64,000 nucleotides of DNA from Thermodesulfobium acidiphilum (GTDB taxonomy: Bacteria; Thermodesulfobiota; Thermodesulfobiia; Thermodesulfobiales; Thermodesulfobiaceae), in NCBI RefSeq assembly GCF_003057965.1, contig NZ_CP020921.1, positions 670,916 through 734,915 on the forward strand. The letters are read 5' to 3'. The position numbers and the translations under genes are program-made. This document shows positions 62,268 through 64,000 of this stretch, one piece after another; the stretch's first letter is position 1; the number at the start of each line of letters is the position of its first letter. The notes beneath the pieces were generated by a model. The model did no database searches. It had not been told where the DNA came from and was given only the letters and a program-made list of their open reading frames with translations.

Positions 62268-63437
62268 TTAGAAAATCTCTGATAATCTCTTGATGCCGAC
62301 CTCTATCATATCGTTTTGTGCATTAGAAAAATTTAATCTCATTGTGTTTTCTCCGCCACCATTGGCATAGAAGCAAAATCCCGGAACGTATGCTACGTTT
62401 TTTTCAATAGCTTTAGTAAACAATTCTTTAGTATTATATTTTTCCTGTAATTGAACCCAGATAAATAATCCGCCCTCAGGTTTGGTCCAATCAGATCCCT
62501 CTGGAAAATATTTTTCTATAGCATCTAACATCAATTTGCATCTTTCACCATAAATCTTCTTTATTTTTGGGATTTGGATGTCAAGAATGTTATTTTTACA
62601 TAACTCATAAACTACCATGTGAATAAAAGGACTGGAGCAAAGATCTGTGCCTTGCTTTGCTTCAACTAATTTTATCATTATATTATCTGGTGCTACTATC
62701 CAGCCAATTCTTACGCCGGGAGATAAAACTTTTGAAAAGGTGCCCAGATAAATTACGTTATCGTTAGTATCAAATGATTTTATAGGACTAAGGCTTTCTC
62801 CTGTATATCTTAAATCTCCGTAAGGGTCGTCTTCAATTATTAAAGTGCCTGTTTTGTTTGCAACTTCAATCACTTCTTTTCTTCTATCAAGTGACAATGT
62901 AACCCCTGCTGGATTGTGAAAATTTGGTAAAAGATAAACAAATTTTGGGTTGTATTTTTTTACTTTCTCTTCCAAAAAATTTGTTAAGGTGCCATTTTTA
63001 TCTATTGGTATGGTAATGAATTTTGTTTCATAGGCTGTAAATGCCTGTATTGCTCCAAGATATGAAGGTTCTTCTAAAAGAATATGATCACCAGGATCGC
63101 ACATTACCTTTGCTATCAGGTCAAGTGCTTGCTGAGATCCGTTGGTTAAAAGTATATTTTTTGCATTACATTTTATGCCCTTTTTTGAAAGATATGAAGC
63201 TAAAAATTCTCTTAGAGGAGGATATCCTTCGGTAATTGTATACTGCAGGGCCTGTATCCCATTATCTTTAAGAACCTTGTTTGATGCTTCTCTGAACTCT
63301 TCAACTGGAAAAGTTTCTGGACCTGGTAACCCACCAGCAAAGGATATTAAATCCTTTTTAGCTGTAAGTTTTAAAAGTTCTCTTATAACGGAGCTTTCAA
63401 ATAAATTTGTTCTTTTTGCCATCCTTTCATTCCACAT
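62268..63437 (-). CDS. PLP-dependent class I aminotransferase (LysN/2-aminoadipate transaminase-like)
   Basis: ISFAGGLP, GSQQALD, F.NP.G, EDDPY, TFSK.LSPG.RIGW. Confidence 0.88.
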   Translation of the reverse strand: MWNERMAKRTNLFESSVIRELLKLTAKKDLISFAGGLPGPETFPVEEFREASNKVLKDNGIQALQYTITEGYPPLREFLASYLSKKGIKCNAKNILLTNGSQQALDLIAKVMCDPGDHILLEEPSYLGAIQAFTAYETKFITIPIDKNGTLTNFLEEKVKKYNPKFVYLLPNFHNPAGVTLSLDRRKEVIEVANKTGTLIIEDDPYGDLRYTGESLSPIKSFDTNDNVIYLGTFSKVLSPGVRIGWIVAPDNIMIKLVEAKQGTDLCSSPFIHMVVYELCKNNILDIQIPKIKKIYGERCKLMLDAIEKYFPEGSDWTKPEGGLFIWVQLQEKYNTKELFTKAIEKNVAYVPGFCFYANGGGENTMRLNFSNAQNDMIEVGIKRLSEIF

Positions 63438-63635
63438 TTAAAAACCTCCACCTGTTTATTTGGTATTTCTTTATACCCGATGGTAATAGTCAAATCAATA
63501 GATACATGACTTTATTATATTAGAAATTTTATAAAAAGGTAATTTTTTGTAATTAATATAATTTATTGCAGTTATATATATTATATAAATAAATGTTTTA
63601 TATACTTATTTTGGGAAACATAGAGAAAACCGTAT

Positions 63636-63672
63636 TGACAAACTATATATAGTGTGACAAACTATATATAGT
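63636..63672 (+). promoter_or_regulatory. Tandem NrdR-box-like palindromes overlapping a TTGACA -35 element
   Basis: TGACAAACTATATATAGT twice (63636-63653, 63655-63672); palindromic core ACTATATATAGT fits the NrdR box consensus acaCwAtATaTwGtgt. Confidence 0.7.
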
Positions 63673-63720
63673 TATTACTTGAGTTTATTTTTTAAAAATT
63701 TAGAAAGAAGGGGTAGGAAG

Positions 63721-64000
63721 ATGAAATGTCCTTATTGTGATTCGAACGATTCTAAAGTTATCGACACTCGATTTGTAGAAGAAAGTGGTGTTATAAGAAG
63801 GAAGAGAGAATGCCTTTCTTGTGGGAAGAGGTTTGTTACCCATGAAATTTACGAAGAGGGTTCGAAAAAAAATATAGATAACAATTCTGATGAAACTGTA
63901 ATACTTTCTCCTGAATATGTAAAAAAGAGAGATGGCAGGGTTGTACCATTTGATATCTTTAGAATTGAAAGGGCAATTGCAAAAGCTTTCAAAGCTGTTG
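63721..64000 (+). CDS. NrdR-type zinc ribbon plus ATP-cone protein (3' end outside window; NrdR or NrdR-RNR fusion)
   Basis: MKCPYC...SKVIDTR.....IRRKRECLSCGKRFVTHE, then a linker, then VKKRDGRVVPFD..RI..AI.KAF; absent from ORF track because it is truncated. Confidence 0.8.
   Translation, partial: MKCPYCDSNDSKVIDTRFVEESGVIRRKRECLSCGKRFVTHEIYEEGSKKNIDNNSDETVILSPEYVKKRDGRVVPFDIFRIERAIAKAFKAV

Noticed and set aside
63636..63672. CRISPR repeat or satellite
   Set aside because: Only two adjacent copies without a spacer; no CRISPR array or cas genes were seen anywhere in the window.

Overview
AT-rich, gene-dense bacterial chromosome segment, most consistent with a thermophilic anaerobe of the Firmicutes/Thermodesulfobium type (inference from gene content only). 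Positions 1-41.5 kb are mostly housekeeping: cysS-rlmB-pdaD-speE, aroF-tyrA-aroA, mutS2-greA-lysS-ycf45-tmk-holB-ricT, tRNA-Ser/tRNA-Leu-csp, hpf-secA-prfB (programmed +1 frameshift)-cmk-tkt-ftsEX and thi4-rqcH-rluD. After tRNA-Ala and cfa lies a decaying accessory/defence region (about 42.9-48.3 kb). It holds an EAL pseudogene, an inverted Rpn/YhgA fragment, a broken type IIG restriction-modification gene, an intact TPR-like membrane-anchored ORF, a PD-(D/E)XK nuclease pseudogene and a ~60 bp imperfect direct repeat. Next is a partial TCA cluster: monomeric icd, an ICL/PEP-mutase-family gene destroyed by an IS1634-type element, a LeuCD-like two-subunit hydratase, korDABC and sucCD. It is followed by hypCDE and two aminotransferases. 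The window ends inside an unusual NrdR-zinc-ribbon/ATP-cone ORF preceded by tandem NrdR-box-like palindromes. No CRISPR array, rRNA or integrase was seen. Family assignments come from motif recognition, not from database searches.
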